NCBI GenBank assembly: GCA_005882775.1
Contig: VBDY01000123.1
Span: 732-64,731, forward strand
Origin: Chloroflexota bacterium
GTDB taxonomy: Bacteria > Chloroflexota > Dormibacteria > CF-121
Reading direction: 5' to 3'
Length of the DNA: 64,000 nucleotides
The translations under genes and the position numbers were made by a program. A model generated the notes under the pieces. The model did no database searches, was not told where the DNA came from, and saw only the letters and a list, made by a program, of their open reading frames with translations. Each line of letters opens with the position of its first letter. The stretch's first letter is position 1. Shown here in pieces: positions 30,890 to 42,329 of the stretch.

Positions 30890-32194
30890 TTACTTGATGA
30901 ACCCCTTGTACTGACGCATGATCAGCTGGGTCTCGATCTGCTTCATGGTGTCGAGCGCCACACCCACCACGATCAAGACCGCGGTGCCTCCCAGGTACAG
31001 GTTCTGGCTGGGTAATCGGGTGAGGGCTGTCGCCAGCAGCGGGACGAGCACCGTGATCGATCCAAGGAATAAAGCACCTGCAAACGTGATCCTGGTCATG
31101 GTGCGATCGAGGTATTGCGCGGTGGCAACGCCCGGCCGGATGCCCGGTATGAACGCGGCGTGCTTCTTCAGGTAGTCGGCGGTATCGACCGGGTCGAAGG
31201 TGACCGCTGTGTAGAAGTAGGTAAAGCCGAAGATCAGCATGAAATAGACCAGGTTATAAAGGATGTCACTCGGGATGTTCGGGCCGTTTGGCACCCAGTA
31301 GGTGCGCAGCAGCAGCGAGATATCGCTCCACGGCTTGGGCGAGTTGGCCAGGAAGTTTCCAATGATGACCGGGAAGAACATGATGGAGATGGCGAAGATG
31401 ATGGGGATGACACCAGCCTGGTTGACCCGCAGCGGCAGGTGCGAGCTCCGACCCTGATAGACCTTTCGCCCCACCACGCGTTGGGCCGACTGGATGGGAA
31501 TCTTCCGCTGCGCTTGCTGGACCTCGATGATGAACGCCGTCACCACGATCGCCAGTACCGCGAACAGCAGGAGCGGGGCCAGGTTGTTGGTGCCGCCACC
31601 CGTCAGCAGGCTGTAGATGTTATTGGGGATGCGGCCAACGATGCCGGCGAAAATCACCAGCGAGATGCCGTTGCCGATGCCGTATTCGGTGATCAGCTCC
31701 CCAAACCACATCAGCACGACCGTGCCCGCGGTCAGGGTGACCATGATGGTGAGGGTGGTGAACCAACCGATCGAGCTGCCCAGCACCCCCTGCCGGCTGA
31801 AGAGGAGGGTAAGGCCCCAGGCCTGGAGCAAGCCAAGCCCCACGGTCAGCCAGCGAGTCCATCGCGTGATCTTGCGACGGCCGAGCTCGCCCTCACGCTG
31901 CAGCTCTTTGATGCGAGTGGAAACCACCGTCATCAGCTGCATGATGATCGAGGCGTTGATGTACGGGTTCACGCCCATGGCGATGATCGAGAACCGGGAC
32001 AATCCACCCCCCGAGAACAGGTCCAGGAGGCCGAGGAAGGCGTTGTTGTGGAAGAGCAGGTCGAGCTGCTGCTTGTTCGCCCCCGGCACCGCGATGTTCG
32101 CCAGGATCCGGAAGACAACGAAAAGCCCCAGCGTGAAGAGGATCTTCCGGCGCAGCTCGGGGATGCGTAAGGCGTTTCCGATCGCCTCTAACAT
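30890..32194 (-). CDS. secY: Protein translocase subunit SecY
   Basis: 434 aa, 10 TM helices, SecY signature. Confidence 0.95.
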   Translation of the reverse strand: MLEAIGNALRIPELRRKILFTLGLFVVFRILANIAVPGANKQQLDLLFHNNAFLGLLDLFSGGGLSRFSIIAMGVNPYINASIIMQLMTVVSTRIKELQREGELGRRKITRWTRWLTVGLGLLQAWGLTLLFSRQGVLGSSIGWFTTLTIMVTLTAGTVVLMWFGELITEYGIGNGISLVIFAGIVGRIPNNIYSLLTGGGTNNLAPLLLFAVLAIVVTAFIIEVQQAQRKIPIQSAQRVVGRKVYQGRSSHLPLRVNQAGVIPIIFAISIMFFPVIIGNFLANSPKPWSDISLLLRTYWVPNGPNIPSDILYNLVYFMLIFGFTYFYTAVTFDPVDTADYLKKHAAFIPGIRPGVATAQYLDRTMTRITFAGALFLGSITVLVPLLATALTRLPSQNLYLGGTAVLIVVGVALDTMKQIETQLIMRQYKGFIK

Positions 32195-32197
32195 CGG

Positions 32198-32926
32198 CTA
32201 GCCCTCTTCCCCCTTCTCGGGTCGGGGGGCCTTTTGCTTCTTATCGGCCCTGGGGGAACCCTCCGCCTTGGTGGAGCCCTCCGCCTTGGTGGAGCCCTCA
32301 GCGTTGCCGGTACCCTGGGCTCGGGCGGACTTCTCGGCTTTGCCGGTCTTCTCGGCCTTGGCGGGCTTGGCGCCCTTCTGAGGCTTTGACGGCTTCTCGG
32401 CCGCCTCTTCCGATACCGCCGCCGGCACCGGCTTGGGCTGGTTCTTGGCCCGCTTGGTCTTCGGCCGGATCGGCGGCGGGACCTCGATCACCGATACCGT
32501 GCCGCCGATGGCCTCGATCTTCTGGCGCGCGTCGGCTGAAAACCGATGCGCGCGAATCGTCAGCTTGTGGGTGAGCCGGCCAGCACCCAGCACCTTGATG
32601 CCGGCGCCGACGTCCTTGATCATCCCGGCTTCGATCAGCTGCTCGGGCGTCACCTCGGTACCCTCGGGGAACCGGCTCAGCCGAGTCAGGTTCACCACCG
32701 CGAAGGTCTTCTTCCAGCGGTTCTTGAATCCGCGAAGTTTCGGGATCCGCATGGTGAGCTTGGTCTGACCGCCCTCGAAAGCCTTGGGCAGGTTCATGGA
32801 AGTGCGGGCGCCCTGCCCCTTCTGGCCACGGCCGGAAGTCTTTCCATGCCCAGAACCGGCCCCACGGCCCACCCGCTTGCGCGACTCGTGTGAACCCGGA
32901 CTGGGACGGAGCTCGTGCAGTTTCAT
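32198..32926 (-). CDS. rplO: 50S ribosomal protein L15 with an Ala/Lys/Glu-rich C-terminal extension of about 95 aa
   Basis: The N-terminal 145 aa are L15. The tail is ...[36 protein letters not shown]...[17 protein letters not shown]... Confidence 0.9.
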   Translation of the reverse strand: MKLHELRPSPGSHESRKRVGRGAGSGHGKTSGRGQKGQGARTSMNLPKAFEGGQTKLTMRIPKLRGFKNRWKKTFAVVNLTRLSRFPEGTEVTPEQLIEAGMIKDVGAGIKVLGAGRLTHKLTIRAHRFSADARQKIEAIGGTVSVIEVPPPIRPKTKRAKNQPKPVPAAVSEEAAEKPSKPQKGAKPAKAEKTGKAEKSARAQGTGNAEGSTKAEGSTKAEGSPRADKKQKAPRPEKGEEG

Positions 32927-32930
32927 CGGA

Positions 32931-33113
32931 TCAGCGGACCTCCTCGACGGTGACCAGGTGGCGAATCTTGTGGACCATCCCGCGGAGCTGGGGGCTGTCC
33001 GGGCGCTCGACGGTCTGATGCAACTTGCGAAAGCCGAGCGCCTTCACGGTCTTTTCGTGGTCCGGCTTCTGGCCGATCACACTCCGTATGTAAGTGATCT
33101 TGAGCGTGCTCAT
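32931..33113 (-). CDS. rpmD: 50S ribosomal protein L30
   Basis: [31 protein letters not shown]... Confidence 0.9.
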   Translation of the reverse strand: MSTLKITYIRSVIGQKPDHEKTVKALGFRKLHQTVERPDSPQLRGMVHKIRHLVTVEEVR

Positions 33114-33688
33114 GCGGACGGCGCCGGCTCCTCGACCGGGGCGACCTCTTCTTTCGGGACGGCCGGCTTGCGACCCCGGCGGATCAGGGCTGCCATCTCC
33201 TCGGTGGACCTGCCCCGCGCCTGGGCGACCATCTCGGCGGTCTGCAAAGCCTGCAGGGCGGCGATGGTTGCCCGCACCGTGTTCACCGGATTGTTGGTCC
33301 CGAGCGACTTGGTGATCATGTCCTTGATGCCGGAGAGCTCGACCACGGCGCGCATGGCCCCGCCGGACCGGATCCCGGTCCCGGGTGCGGCCGGCTTGAG
33401 GAGGACCTTGGCCGCTCCCTTCTTGAGCCGGATCTCGTGGGGAATGGTGGTCCCGACCATGGGGACGGTGATCAGGTGCTTCTTGGCCGAGTCGACCGCT
33501 TTGCGGATCGCCTCCGGCACCTCACCGGCCTTTCCCAGGCCGGCCCCGACGCGGCCATTCTGGTCGCCCACGACCACCAGCGCGCTGAACGAGAAGCGGC
33601 GTCCACCCTTGACCACCTTCGCAACCCTGTTCAGGTGGACAACCTTCTCGCTGAACTCCGACCGCTGATCACGGTACTGATATCCCAT
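33110..33688 (-). CDS. rpsE: 30S ribosomal protein S5
   Basis: S5-like ...[18 protein letters not shown]... Confidence 0.9.
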   Translation of the reverse strand: MGYQYRDQRSEFSEKVVHLNRVAKVVKGGRRFSFSALVVVGDQNGRVGAGLGKAGEVPEAIRKAVDSAKKHLITVPMVGTTIPHEIRLKKGAAKVLLKPAAPGTGIRSGGAMRAVVELSGIKDMITKSLGTNNPVNTVRATIAALQALQTAEMVAQARGRSTEEMAALIRRGRKPAVPKEEVAPVEEPAPSA

Positions 33689-33713
33689 GCGACTCCTTAC
33701 AACCTCAGATTTC

Positions 33714-34082
33714 TCAGAACTTCAGGCCGGCGCCCCGGGCCGCGTCCGCCAGGGCTTTAACCCGGCCGTGATAGGGAAACCCACCGCGGTCGAAGACCAC
33801 TGACTCGATTCCCTGCTGCCGGGCGCGCTCGGCAATGCTCTTGCCAACCGCGGCGGCGCCCTCGTTCCCTGAATGTGACTTCACGGTCTTGCGCAGCTCC
33901 GCATCGGTGGTTCCAGCCGCGACCAGGGTTCGGCCGGCCACATCGTCGATCAGCTGGGCATAGACGTGGTGCAGGCTGCGGAAGACGCTCAGCCGGGGCC
34001 TCCTGGGCGACCCTTCTATCGTGCTGCGCAGCCGGACGTGCCGCTTGAGGCGACCGTCGCGGCGAGCGGCCTTGCGTGTCAT
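33714..34082 (-). CDS. rplR: 50S ribosomal protein L18
   Basis: L18-like ...[17 protein letters not shown]... Confidence 0.9.
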   Translation of the reverse strand: MTRKAARRDGRLKRHVRLRSTIEGSPRRPRLSVFRSLHHVYAQLIDDVAGRTLVAAGTTDAELRKTVKSHSGNEGAAAVGKSIAERARQQGIESVVFDRGGFPYHGRVKALADAARGAGLKF

Positions 34083-34639
34083 CTCGCGGCTCCGGCGCCG
34101 GCGGTCTTGCCCGTCTTGCCTGCCTTGCGGCGGATGCGCTCGCCCTTATTCATGATCCCCTTTCCCTTGTAGGGTTCGGGCGGCCGTACCTTGCGGATCT
34201 CAGCCGTCACCTGGCCGACAGCCTCCTTGCTCGCCCCACGGACGATGATCTTGGTCGGCTCCGGCACCTCGACCGTGATCCCCGCCGGCACCTGGTAACG
34301 AACAGGGTGCGAGTAGCCGACGTTTAGCACCAGCGCCTCACCCTGCCTCGATGCCCGGTATCCGACCCCGACCAGCTCGAGCTGTTTCTCGAAGCCCTTG
34401 CTCACGCCCTCGATCATGTTGTAGACGAGCGTCCGGGTCAGTCCGTGAAGCGAGCGATGTTGCTTGGACTCGCTCGGACGCTCGACCAGGACCGCGTCGT
34501 CCTTGACCGCCAACTTCATCTCAGGATGCAGCGACCGCGAGAGCTCGCCGCGGCCACCCTTGACCGAAATGGTGTGGTCATCCAGGCGCACGGTGACGCC
34601 GTTCGGAATTTTGACGGGAAGCTTTCCAATCCTACTCAT
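34079..34639 (-). CDS. rplF: 50S ribosomal protein L6
   Basis: [17 protein letters not shown]... Confidence 0.9.
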   Translation of the reverse strand: MSRIGKLPVKIPNGVTVRLDDHTISVKGGRGELSRSLHPEMKLAVKDDAVLVERPSESKQHRSLHGLTRTLVYNMIEGVSKGFEKQLELVGVGYRASRQGEALVLNVGYSHPVRYQVPAGITVEVPEPTKIIVRGASKEAVGQVTAEIRKVRPPEPYKGKGIMNKGERIRRKAGKTGKTAGAGAAR

Positions 34640-34645
34640 ACCGGA

Positions 34646-35041
34646 TCACCAAACGTAGCACACGACTTCGCCACCCAATCCCTGCTTGGTGGCCTGCTGA
34701 CCCGACATCACTCCGTGCGACGTGGAGAGGATGACAATGCCCAGGCCGCCGAGCACCCGCGGAATCTCGGTCTTCCGCGCGTAGACCCGCAAACCCGGCT
34801 TGCTGATGCGGCGAACGCCCGCGAGCGAGCGACCGCGGAGCGTCTTCGGTTTGAACTGGATGTCCAGCTTCTGTCCCTGCTCGGCGGGAGCCACGTCATA
34901 GGCCGCGATGTAGCCCTCCTCCTTGAGCACACGCGCGATCTGCACCTTCTCCCGCGAAGCGGGGATGGCCACCCGGGGATGACCGGCGCTGTTCGCGTTG
35001 CGGATCCTGGTCAGCATGTCGGCGATCGAATCTGTGCTCAT
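34646..35041 (-). CDS. rpsH: 30S ribosomal protein S8
   Basis: MSTDSIADMLTRIRNA... Confidence 0.9.
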   Translation of the reverse strand: MSTDSIADMLTRIRNANSAGHPRVAIPASREKVQIARVLKEEGYIAAYDVAPAEQGQKLDIQFKPKTLRGRSLAGVRRISKPGLRVYARKTEIPRVLGGLGIVILSTSHGVMSGQQATKQGLGGEVVCYVW

Positions 35042-35057
35042 CAGCTCTCTCCCCTCC

Positions 35058-35243
35058 TCACCACGACGCCTTCTTTACGCCAGGGACCTGACCCTGAGAC
35101 GAGAGGGTCCTAAAACAAATCCGGCAGATGCCGAATTTGCGCATGTACGAGCGTGGCCGGCCGCACAGGTTGCACCGGCTGTGCAGCTGGACCGCGTGCT
35201 TGTGTTTGCGTAGTCCCCGATTGATTACCGACTTCTTTGCCAA
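35058..35243 (-). CDS. rpsZ: 30S ribosomal protein S14 type Z (zinc-binding)
   Basis: 61 aa with CNLCGRP...CRIC. Confidence 0.9.
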   Translation of the reverse strand: MAKKSVINRGLRKHKHAVQLHSRCNLCGRPRSYMRKFGICRICFRTLSSQGQVPGVKKASW

Positions 35244-35250
35244 ATCTGCC

Positions 35251-35817
35251 TCACTTCCTGAATGGGAATCCCAGCTCCGTCAGGAGCGCCCGCGCCTCGT
35301 CGTCCGTGCGGGCCGTGGTCACGATGGTGACCTCCATCCCGCGCAGCTTGTCGATCTTGTCGTACTCGATTTCCGGGAACACGAGCTGCTCACGCAGCCC
35401 GAGCGTGTAATTGCCCTTACCGTCGAACGCGGTCGGCGAGATCCCGCGGAAGTCGCGGATCCGGGGTAGGGCAGTCGAGATCAGCTTGTCGATGAACTGG
35501 TACATGCGCGCTGCGCGCATGGTCACCTTGACCCCGATCGGAAGCCCGGCGCGAAGCTTGAAGTTCGCGATCGCCTTCCGCGACTTCATCACCACCGGTT
35601 GCTGGCCGGTGATCTTCTTCAGGTCAGCAATCGCGGCGTCCAGCGCTTTTGGATTCTGGATCGACTCCCCGACTCCAATATTGACGACCACCTTGACCAG
35701 CTTTGGCACCTGCATCGCGTTGGCGTAGGTATACCGCTGGATCAGGGTGGGAACGATCTTCTCCTGGTACCGGTCCTTGAGCCGGAGCTGGACGCGTGGC
35801 TGGGCGGCGACGCTCAT
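35251..35817 (-). CDS. rplE: 50S ribosomal protein L5
   Basis: The conserved start [21 protein letters not shown] is at 35817, just after the rplX stop. The track ORF is over-extended. Confidence 0.9.
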   Translation of the reverse strand: MSVAAQPRVQLRLKDRYQEKIVPTLIQRYTYANAMQVPKLVKVVVNIGVGESIQNPKALDAAIADLKKITGQQPVVMKSRKAIANFKLRAGLPIGVKVTMRAARMYQFIDKLISTALPRIRDFRGISPTAFDGKGNYTLGLREQLVFPEIEYDKIDKLRGMEVTIVTTARTDDEARALLTELGFPFRK

Positions 35818-36173
35818 ACCTTGGCCTTCACCCGCTCGTAGATCTCGCCGCAATGGACGCAGATGATGGCGCGCTGGCCGTTCGGCATCACGGTCTTGCG
35901 GATCCGGGTCGGCTTGTCGCACTTGTTGCAGACCAGCATCACGTTGGAATAGTCGAGCGGCGCCTCGAAGTCCACGATGCCACCCTGCATCACCTTGGTG
36001 CCGCCTTTCTGCTGCAGCGCCCGCTGATGGCGTTTGAGCATGTTGATGCCCTTGACCACGATCTTGCCCCGCCCAGGGACAGTCCGAACCACCACCCCGC
36101 GCTTGCCGCGGTCCTTGCCGGCCATCACCTGCACCGTGTCGTCCTTATGAATGTCGAGATGAAGCATGCTCAT
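35814..36173 (-). CDS. rplX: 50S ribosomal protein L24 (KOW domain plus C-terminal CxxC-N17-CxxC zinc-ribbon-like tail)
   Basis: ...[15 protein letters not shown]... KOW domain. The tail is [13 protein letters not shown]...ICVHCGEI. Confidence 0.9.
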   Translation of the reverse strand: MSMLHLDIHKDDTVQVMAGKDRGKRGVVVRTVPGRGKIVVKGINMLKRHQRALQQKGGTKVMQGGIVDFEAPLDYSNVMLVCNKCDKPTRIRKTVMPNGQRAIICVHCGEIYERVKAKV

Positions 36174-36541
36174 TACAAAACCTCCGGAGCCAGGGACACG
36201 ATCTTCATGAAATTCTTGTCGCGCAGCTCGCGCGCCACCGGCCCGAAGATTCGGGTACCGCGCGGGTTGTTCTGGGGGCCAAGCAGGACGGCGGCGTTCT
36301 CGTCAAAACGGATGGTGGATCCGTCCAGGCGGCGGAACTCTCGCGAGGTGCGAACCACCACCGCCTTGACCACCTCGCTCTTTTTGACCTGGCCACCCGG
36401 GGTTGCCACCGTTACGGCAGCTGTGATGACATCGCCGATGGCCGCGTACTTGCGATAGTGCCCACCCATGACGCGGATGCACAGGATCTCACGGGCGCCC
36501 GTGTTATCCGCCACCTTGAGCCGGGTTTCCTGCTGGACCAC
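36173..36541 (-). CDS. rplN: 50S ribosomal protein L14
   Basis: [24 protein letters not shown]... Confidence 0.9.
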   Translation of the reverse strand: MVQQETRLKVADNTGAREILCIRVMGGHYRKYAAIGDVITAAVTVATPGGQVKKSEVVKAVVVRTSREFRRLDGSTIRFDENAAVLLGPQNNPRGTRIFGPVARELRDKNFMKIVSLAPEVL

Positions 36542-36546
36542 TGAAA

Positions 36547-36807
36547 CTACTTCGCCTTCTCCACGATTTCAACCACCCGCCAGCGCTTGTCGTGCGACAG
36601 CGGCCGGGTCTCCATGATCCGGACGCGATCACCCACCTTGCACTGGTTCTGCTCGTCGTGTGCCTTGAACCGGCTCGACTGCCTGATGACTTTCTTGTAG
36701 CGGGGGTGCTCCTTGAGGGTCTGGACCCGGACTACCACGGTCTTGTCCATCCGGTCACTGATCACCTGACCGACCCGACTCTTTCGCATTGCGCGCTCGT
36801 CCATCAT
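36547..36807 (-). CDS. rpsQ: 30S ribosomal protein S17
   Basis: ...[21 protein letters not shown]... The start may be an internal M7. Confidence 0.85.
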   Translation of the reverse strand: MMDERAMRKSRVGQVISDRMDKTVVVRVQTLKEHPRYKKVIRQSSRFKAHDEQNQCKVGDRVRIMETRPLSHDKRWRVVEIVEKAK

Positions 36808-37091
36808 TCAGATGTCTCCGCAGTCTTCTCCGCTTTGGCACGCCGCCGCCGTGGCTTCTCCGCAGCCTCCTCGACCGGCGCGGGTGCGGGCTGATTGCCC
36901 TCTTCCCATTCTTTTGTGTGGATCTCGGTCAGGATCTGGGCCAGGTCATGCCGGACGTGCCGGATCTGACGGTGATTGGACAGCTGACCGGTCGCCATCT
37001 GGAAGCGCAGGTTGAAGAGCTCCTGCCGTGAAGTCTTCAGCTGCTTCTGCAGATCGGGAATCGACATCGCGTGCAGTTCCTTGGTCTTCAT
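36804..37091 (-). CDS. rpmC: 50S ribosomal protein L29 (with charged C-terminal tail)
   Basis: ...[24 protein letters not shown]... Confidence 0.85.
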   Translation of the reverse strand: MKTKELHAMSIPDLQKQLKTSRQELFNLRFQMATGQLSNHRQIRHVRHDLAQILTEIHTKEWEEGNQPAPAPVEEAAEKPRRRRAKAEKTAETSE

Positions 37092-37762
37092 TTCTTCCCG
37101 CCACCCTTGGCCGGCTTCGCCGCGGGAGCCGCGGCCGCCGCCCTACCACCAGCCGGCGCCTTGCCGGCCGCAGCCGGTGCCGGGGCGCCCTTGGCCGACG
37201 GAGCAGCGCCAGGTGCAGCTTTCGGTCCGCGGGCTGCGGCGGCCGGAGCGGCGGCGGCAGCGGCGACCGGAACAGCACCGGGAACCGCGCCCTCCTCACC
37301 CGGCTTGAGCTCGGCCGGACCTTTGATCTTGACGTCCGCGGCAGCCTTCACACCCGACTTGATGCCCATGGTTCGCGTCCGGGCTGGAAGCTTGTAGGCC
37401 GCCAGCTGGAAGGCGCGCTTGGCCATCTCGGGCGTGACGCCCCCCATCTCGAAGAGCACTCGCCCCGGCTTGATCACGGCAACCCAGCCCTCGGGTGCTC
37501 CCTTGCCACTCCCCATCCTGGTCTCGGCGGGTTTCTTGGTTGTGGGCTTGTCGGGGAAGACCCGGATGAAGACCTGGCCGCCACGTCGAACAAACCGGGT
37601 CATGACCCGCCGGGCGGCCTCGATCTGGCGGTTCGTCATCCAGAAGGCCTCGGCCGCCTGGAGGCCGTACTCGCCGAACGCGAGGTCATTGCCCTGGGTG
37701 GCCACGCCGGTACGGCGGCCCCGATGCTGCTTGCGAAATTTGACACGCGCCGGAAGCAACAT
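37088..37762 (-). CDS. rplP: 50S ribosomal protein L16 with an Ala/Pro/Lys-rich C-terminal extension of about 85 aa
   Basis: The conserved start [21 protein letters not shown] is at about 37762 (track ORF over-extended into rpsC). The tail is ...[39 protein letters not shown]...KPAKGGGKK. Confidence 0.85.
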   Translation of the reverse strand: MLLPARVKFRKQHRGRRTGVATQGNDLAFGEYGLQAAEAFWMTNRQIEAARRVMTRFVRRGGQVFIRVFPDKPTTKKPAETRMGSGKGAPEGWVAVIKPGRVLFEMGGVTPEMAKRAFQLAAYKLPARTRTMGIKSGVKAAADVKIKGPAELKPGEEGAVPGAVPVAAAAAAPAAAARGPKAAPGAAPSAKGAPAPAAAGKAPAGGRAAAAAPAAKPAKGGGKK

Positions 37763-37766
37763 TTCC

Positions 37767-38744
37767 CTATTCCTTCTTCTTGGTGGTACGAGTCCTGGCC
37801 GGCTTTGGAGCAGCCTCGGCGCTGGCTGCGCCCTCTGGACTCTTGGCGGTGGCGGTCCTGCTCCTGGTTGCCCGCTTGGCGGGGGCCTTCTCGGCGCCAT
37901 CCGTCGTGGTCGCAGCCTTGGTCGCGCGTGGCGCGCGCTTGGCCTTTGCCGGGGCGGCCTCGGCGGCAGCAACAGGCGCGGGCTCCGCAGCCGTTGGCGC
38001 GGCCACGGCGGCCGTGACCAGCGCCGGCTCCGGAACCGCAACCGGGAGCCCGGGGAGCGTTGAGATGGGGGCCTCCTCTTCTTCCTCGACCACGGGCGCC
38101 GGCTTCGGCGGAGCCTCGGTTGGGAAATTGCCGGTGTAGACCCAGGCCGAAACCCCGATCCGGCCGAAAGTCGTCTTGGCTTCGGTCTGACCGAAATCGA
38201 TGTCGGCCTTCAAGGTGTGCAGCGGGACCCGACCCTCGCGGTTCCACTCGACACGCGCCATCTCGGAACCGCCCAGGCGGCCACGCAGCCGGATTTTGAC
38301 GCCCTGCGCGCCCGCCCGCATGGTCTTCATCAGCGACTGCTTGATCGCCCGCCGGAACGCGATCCGCTTTTCCAGCTGAGCGGCCACGTTCTCGGCCACC
38401 AGCTGAGCGCTGAGCTCGGGCTTTTTGATCTCCTGGATCGTGACCCGAACGCGCTTGCCCGTCCGCTTCTCGAGCTCATCACGGAGCTGATCGACACTGG
38501 TACCGCCCTTGCCAATCACGATGCCTGGCTTGGCCGTATGCAAGGTGATCGTCAGAGCGCTCGAGGACCGCTCGGTTTCGATCCGCGCGACCCCGGCGTT
38601 CTTGAGCCGAGCCAGGAGCATCCGGCGCAGGCGAACGTCCTCCAGCAGCAGCGTCTTGTACTCCTTGTCGGGCGCAAACCATTTCGCCTCCCAATTCCGG
38701 TAGACACCGAGTCGGAAGCCGTTTGGGTGGACCTTATGCCCCAT
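37767..38744 (-). CDS. rpsC: 30S ribosomal protein S3 with an acidic then Ala/Lys-rich C-terminal extension of about 100 aa
   Basis: [13 protein letters not shown]... KH domain. The tail is ...[17 protein letters not shown]...[18 protein letters not shown]...[12 protein letters not shown]. Confidence 0.9.
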   Translation of the reverse strand: MGHKVHPNGFRLGVYRNWEAKWFAPDKEYKTLLLEDVRLRRMLLARLKNAGVARIETERSSSALTITLHTAKPGIVIGKGGTSVDQLRDELEKRTGKRVRVTIQEIKKPELSAQLVAENVAAQLEKRIAFRRAIKQSLMKTMRAGAQGVKIRLRGRLGGSEMARVEWNREGRVPLHTLKADIDFGQTEAKTTFGRIGVSAWVYTGNFPTEAPPKPAPVVEEEEEAPISTLPGLPVAVPEPALVTAAVAAPTAAEPAPVAAAEAAPAKAKRAPRATKAATTTDGAEKAPAKRATRSRTATAKSPEGAASAEAAPKPARTRTTKKKE

Positions 38745-39313
38745 TACTTGCTCTTTTTCTCCTTGGTGTCTTTCTTTGGCTCATCCTTCTTGCTGGTCGC
38801 CTTTGCCGGCGCCTTCTTCGGCGCTTTCTTCTTGGTCGTCTCCTCGGTTACACCTTCGCTAGTAGTGGGTTCTTCGGCCGGCTTGCGCACGGGCGCCGCG
38901 GGTGGAGCCGCGGGTATAGCTGCCCTGCTGGCCGGCTGCACTGCACGGGGCAGCGGCGCCGGACGGCGGCGAACCACGCCCGGCCGGTCCTCGACCACGG
39001 CGGTGATGTGACTGGTCCGCTTGAAGATACTGAAGTAGCGGCCCATGGCTCGCGGGCGACCGCGTTTCAACATGGGGCCGGCTTGCACCCGGATGTCCTT
39101 CACCACCAGGTCATCCTTGGCCAGGTTGAAGTTGTTCTCGGCGTTCGCCTGTGCCGAACGGATCACCTTGGCCACGTCGCGCGCGGCGCCCTTGGTCATG
39201 AACTGGCAGGCGGAAAGCGCCTCGGCGACCGGAAGGCCGCGCAGGGTCATCGCCACCAGGCGAACCTTCCGCGGCGCTGTCCGTACCCACTTGGCTTCGG
39301 CTTGTACTTCCAT
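38744..39313 (-). CDS. rplV: 50S ribosomal protein L22 with a C-terminal extension of about 75 aa
   Basis: L22 core, then ...[40 protein letters not shown]...[29 protein letters not shown]. Confidence 0.9.
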   Translation of the reverse strand: MEVQAEAKWVRTAPRKVRLVAMTLRGLPVAEALSACQFMTKGAARDVAKVIRSAQANAENNFNLAKDDLVVKDIRVQAGPMLKRGRPRAMGRYFSIFKRTSHITAVVEDRPGVVRRRPAPLPRAVQPASRAAIPAAPPAAPVRKPAEEPTTSEGVTEETTKKKAPKKAPAKATSKKDEPKKDTKEKKSK

Positions 39314-39315
39314 GG

Positions 39316-39600
39316 TTATTTGAGGGTTGTGGATTTCTCGGTGTGGTGCCCGTGGGCGCGGAAGCGCCGGGTGGGGGCGAACTCACCGAGCAGGTGGCCG
39401 ACCATGTTCTCTGTGATGAAGATCGGCACGTGCTTCTTCCCATCGTGGATGGCGATGGTGTGACCCACCATTTCCGGGAAGACACTCGAATCACGTGACC
39501 AGGTCTTGATCACCTTCTTATCTTTCTGCTGGTTCATAGCCGTCACCTTCTTCATCAGCGACGGCTCCACGAACGGTCCTTTCTTTGTTGATCTCGACAT
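39316..39600 (-). CDS. rpsS: 30S ribosomal protein S19
   Basis: [19 protein letters not shown]... Confidence 0.9.
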   Translation of the reverse strand: MSRSTKKGPFVEPSLMKKVTAMNQQKDKKVIKTWSRDSSVFPEMVGHTIAIHDGKKHVPIFITENMVGHLLGEFAPTRRFRAHGHHTEKSTTLK

Positions 39601-40446
39601 TTAGCTCTTGCTCTTCCTCTTGGGTGGCCGGCGGCGGACGATCATGTTGCGTGTCTTCTTGTTACGCCGGGTCCGGTAGCCAAGAGCAGGCTTGCCCCAG
39701 GGCGTCTGCGGGTTGCCACCCGCACCCGACCGGCCCTCGCCACCCCCGTGGGGATGGTCAAAGGGGTTCATCGACATGCCACGCACGGCGGGCCGCTTGC
39801 CCCGCCAGCGACTCTTGCCCGCTTTGCCGACGTTCTCGTTCTCGTGCTCGACGTTGCCCACCTGGCCGATGGTGGCGTAGCACTCGACGGCCACCCGGCG
39901 AACCTCACCTGATGGCATCCGGATCTGGGCGTAGTCGCCCTCGCGGGCCAGGAGCTGCGCCGACATTCCCGCGGAGCGAACGATCTGACCGCCTCGCCCG
40001 GGATGGAGCTCGATGTTGTGGACCGTGGTCCCGACCGGGATGTCCTTGAGCGGTAGCGCGTTGCCGGGCTGGATGTCCGCCTCCGGGCCGCATGCCACCC
40101 TGGCACCCACACTGATACCGACCGGAGCCAGGATGTAACGCTTCTCGCCGTCCGCGTAGGTCAGCAAGGCAATCCGGGCACTGCGGTTGGGGTCATACTC
40201 GACCGCCGTCACCGTCGCCGGAATCTCCCGCTTGTCTCGCTTGAAATCGATCAGGCGGTAGAGTTTCCGATGGCCACCGCCCTGGTGGCGCACGGTGATC
40301 TTGCCCTGGGCATTGCGCCCGGCATCCGTCTTCATCGAGACCAGCAGGGCCTTCTCCGCCTTCTTGCCGCGGGTCAGATCATCGAAGGCGCTGACCGACA
40401 TGAAACGGCGGCCCGGGGAGGTTGGCTTGTACTTCTTGATGGGCAT
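39601..40446 (-). CDS. rplB: 50S ribosomal protein L2
   Basis: 281 aa with L2 signature ...[13 protein letters not shown]... Confidence 0.95.
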   Translation of the reverse strand: MPIKKYKPTSPGRRFMSVSAFDDLTRGKKAEKALLVSMKTDAGRNAQGKITVRHQGGGHRKLYRLIDFKRDKREIPATVTAVEYDPNRSARIALLTYADGEKRYILAPVGISVGARVACGPEADIQPGNALPLKDIPVGTTVHNIELHPGRGGQIVRSAGMSAQLLAREGDYAQIRMPSGEVRRVAVECYATIGQVGNVEHENENVGKAGKSRWRGKRPAVRGMSMNPFDHPHGGGEGRSGAGGNPQTPWGKPALGYRTRRNKKTRNMIVRRRPPKRKSKS

Positions 40447-40450
40447 CTGC

Positions 40451-40741
40451 CTAGACTCCCTGGAAGAGGTTCTCGATCTTCTGGCCCTCGGCCAGGGTCA
40501 CGACCGCCTTCTTCCAATCCGGCTGAAAACCACGGACACGACCGCGCCGGCGCTCCTTGCCGTGGACGTGCATGGTGTTGACGCTGACCACGTCCACCTT
40601 GAAAGCGTCCGCGATGGCCAGGGCGATCTCGGTCTTGGTCGCCTTCGGATGGACGCGGAACAGGTACTTGCCGGTCGCCATGGCGGCGTAACTCTTCTCA
40701 CTGATCAGGGGCCGCTGGATCACCTGGACCGCTTCCTTCAT
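40451..40741 (-). CDS. rplW: 50S ribosomal protein L23
   Basis: ...[12 protein letters not shown]... L23. Confidence 0.9.
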   Translation of the reverse strand: MKEAVQVIQRPLISEKSYAAMATGKYLFRVHPKATKTEIALAIADAFKVDVVSVNTMHVHGKERRRGRVRGFQPDWKKAVVTLAEGQKIENLFQGV

Positions 40742-41382
40742 GAGAGCCAGTCCTCGACCTGGGTCAACGCCTTCCGGGTCAGGACAACGCTGTCTGCCGC
40801 CAGCACGTCGCCGACATTCAGGTTGGAAACCAGGATGGTCTTGACCGAGGCCAGGTTGCGTGTCGACTTCTCGAGCAGGAGGTCGTGCTCCGGCAGGACA
40901 AAGAGGATTCGCACACCGGCCTGCAGCGCCGTGAAGAAGCTATCCAGGGTCTTTGTTTTTGGAGCCTCGAGCGTGATCTCATCGACGATCCGCAAGGCGC
41001 CATCGCGGACCTTCGCTGAGAGGGCCGCCCGCAGGGCCAGGCGGCGCTGCTTGCGTGGCATCTTCTGCTCATAGCTGCGCGGATGGGGCCCGAAGACGGT
41101 ACCGCCGTGGCGCCACTGAGGCGCCCGGGTGCTGCCCTGGCGGGCGCGCCCGGTGCCCTTCTGCTTCCACGGCTTCTTGCCGCCACCGGAGACGTCGCCC
41201 CGGGTCTTGGTCTGATGCGTCCCCTGGCGCTCGTTCGCCTGCTGACGCAGGAGCGCCTGGTGGAGGACCGCCTCGTTCACAGGCGCGCTGAAGATCTCAG
41301 GCGGGAGCTGCACCTCACCCGTCTCCTTGCCTTCGACGTCGAAGACCTTCACGGACGGCTGTTCGGTCATGGTGGTGCTCAT
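40738..41382 (-). CDS. rplD: 50S ribosomal protein L4
   Basis: 214 aa, L4-like. Confidence 0.9.
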   Translation of the reverse strand: MSTTMTEQPSVKVFDVEGKETGEVQLPPEIFSAPVNEAVLHQALLRQQANERQGTHQTKTRGDVSGGGKKPWKQKGTGRARQGSTRAPQWRHGGTVFGPHPRSYEQKMPRKQRRLALRAALSAKVRDGALRIVDEITLEAPKTKTLDSFFTALQAGVRILFVLPEHDLLLEKSTRNLASVKTILVSNLNVGDVLAADSVVLTRKALTQVEDWLS

Positions 41383-42023
41383 TTCGTCTTTGGCTGCCTT
41401 AGCGAGTCCTTGACGACCACGACGCTGTTGGGATGGCCGGGCACGTCACCGTTGACCAGGAGCAGGTTGCGCGCCGGGTCGATGCTGACCACCCGCAGGT
41501 TCCTGGTCGTGCGTTGGGCGTTGCCGAGCTGCCCCGCCATCCGCATACCCTTGTAGACGCGCGAAGGCGTGGATGACGATCCGATCGAGCCCGGCTGCTT
41601 GATGTTGTGCGATCCATGCGTAACCGGGCCGCGTCCGAAGTGGTGACGCTTGTGCTGGCCGCTGAAGCCCTTGCCCCTGGAGGTCCCGGTAACGTCCACC
41701 CATTCGCCGGCCTTGAAGATGTCGACCTTCAGCGCCTGGCCAACCTCGAAGCCGCCCTCGCCCTTCAAGCGCACCTCGCGGACGTGTTTGTGGGCGGCAA
41801 CGCCGGCCTTCTTGAAGTGGCCGGCGATCGCTTTGGTAACTCGCTTTTCCTTGGCCTGGACGAACCCGAGCTGGACGGCGCCATATCCATCCTTCTGGGT
41901 GGCTCGCAACCCGATGACGATGCAGGGCCCGGCCTCGAGCACGGTGACCGGCAGGAGCTCTCCCTTTTCGGAGAACACCTGAGTCATCCCCACCTTCCGC
42001 GCCAACAGCCCTTTGGTCGCCAT
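41379..42023 (-). CDS. rplC: 50S ribosomal protein L3
   Basis: [17 protein letters not shown]... Confidence 0.9.
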   Translation of the reverse strand: MATKGLLARKVGMTQVFSEKGELLPVTVLEAGPCIVIGLRATQKDGYGAVQLGFVQAKEKRVTKAIAGHFKKAGVAAHKHVREVRLKGEGGFEVGQALKVDIFKAGEWVDVTGTSRGKGFSGQHKRHHFGRGPVTHGSHNIKQPGSIGSSSTPSRVYKGMRMAGQLGNAQRTTRNLRVVSIDPARNLLLVNGDVPGHPNSVVVVKDSLRQPKTK

Positions 42024-42328
42024 CAGAGCTTGATCTCGATGTTCACGCCGGACGGCAGGTTGAGACGCATCAGGGCATCGACCACTTTCGGGTTCGGGTC
42101 GAGGATGTCGATGATCCGCTTGTGGGTGCGCATCTCGAACTGTTCACGCGAGTCCTTGTCGATGAACGGCGAACGGATCACCGTCCAGCGGTTGATCTCG
42201 GTCGGCAGCGGGATAGGCCCGGCCGTGGACGCGTTCGTCCGCCGGGCCGTCTCCACGATCTTTTCCGCGGCCTGGTCGAGGACGCGGTGATCGTAGGCCT
42301 TCAGCCGGATCCGGATCTTCTGGGCCAA
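42023..42328 (-). CDS. rpsJ: 30S ribosomal protein S10
   Basis: [19 protein letters not shown]... Confidence 0.95.
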   Translation of the reverse strand: MAQKIRIRLKAYDHRVLDQAAEKIVETARRTNASTAGPIPLPTEINRWTVIRSPFIDKDSREQFEMRTHKRIIDILDPNPKVVDALMRLNLPSGVNIEIKL

Positions 42329-42329
42329 C

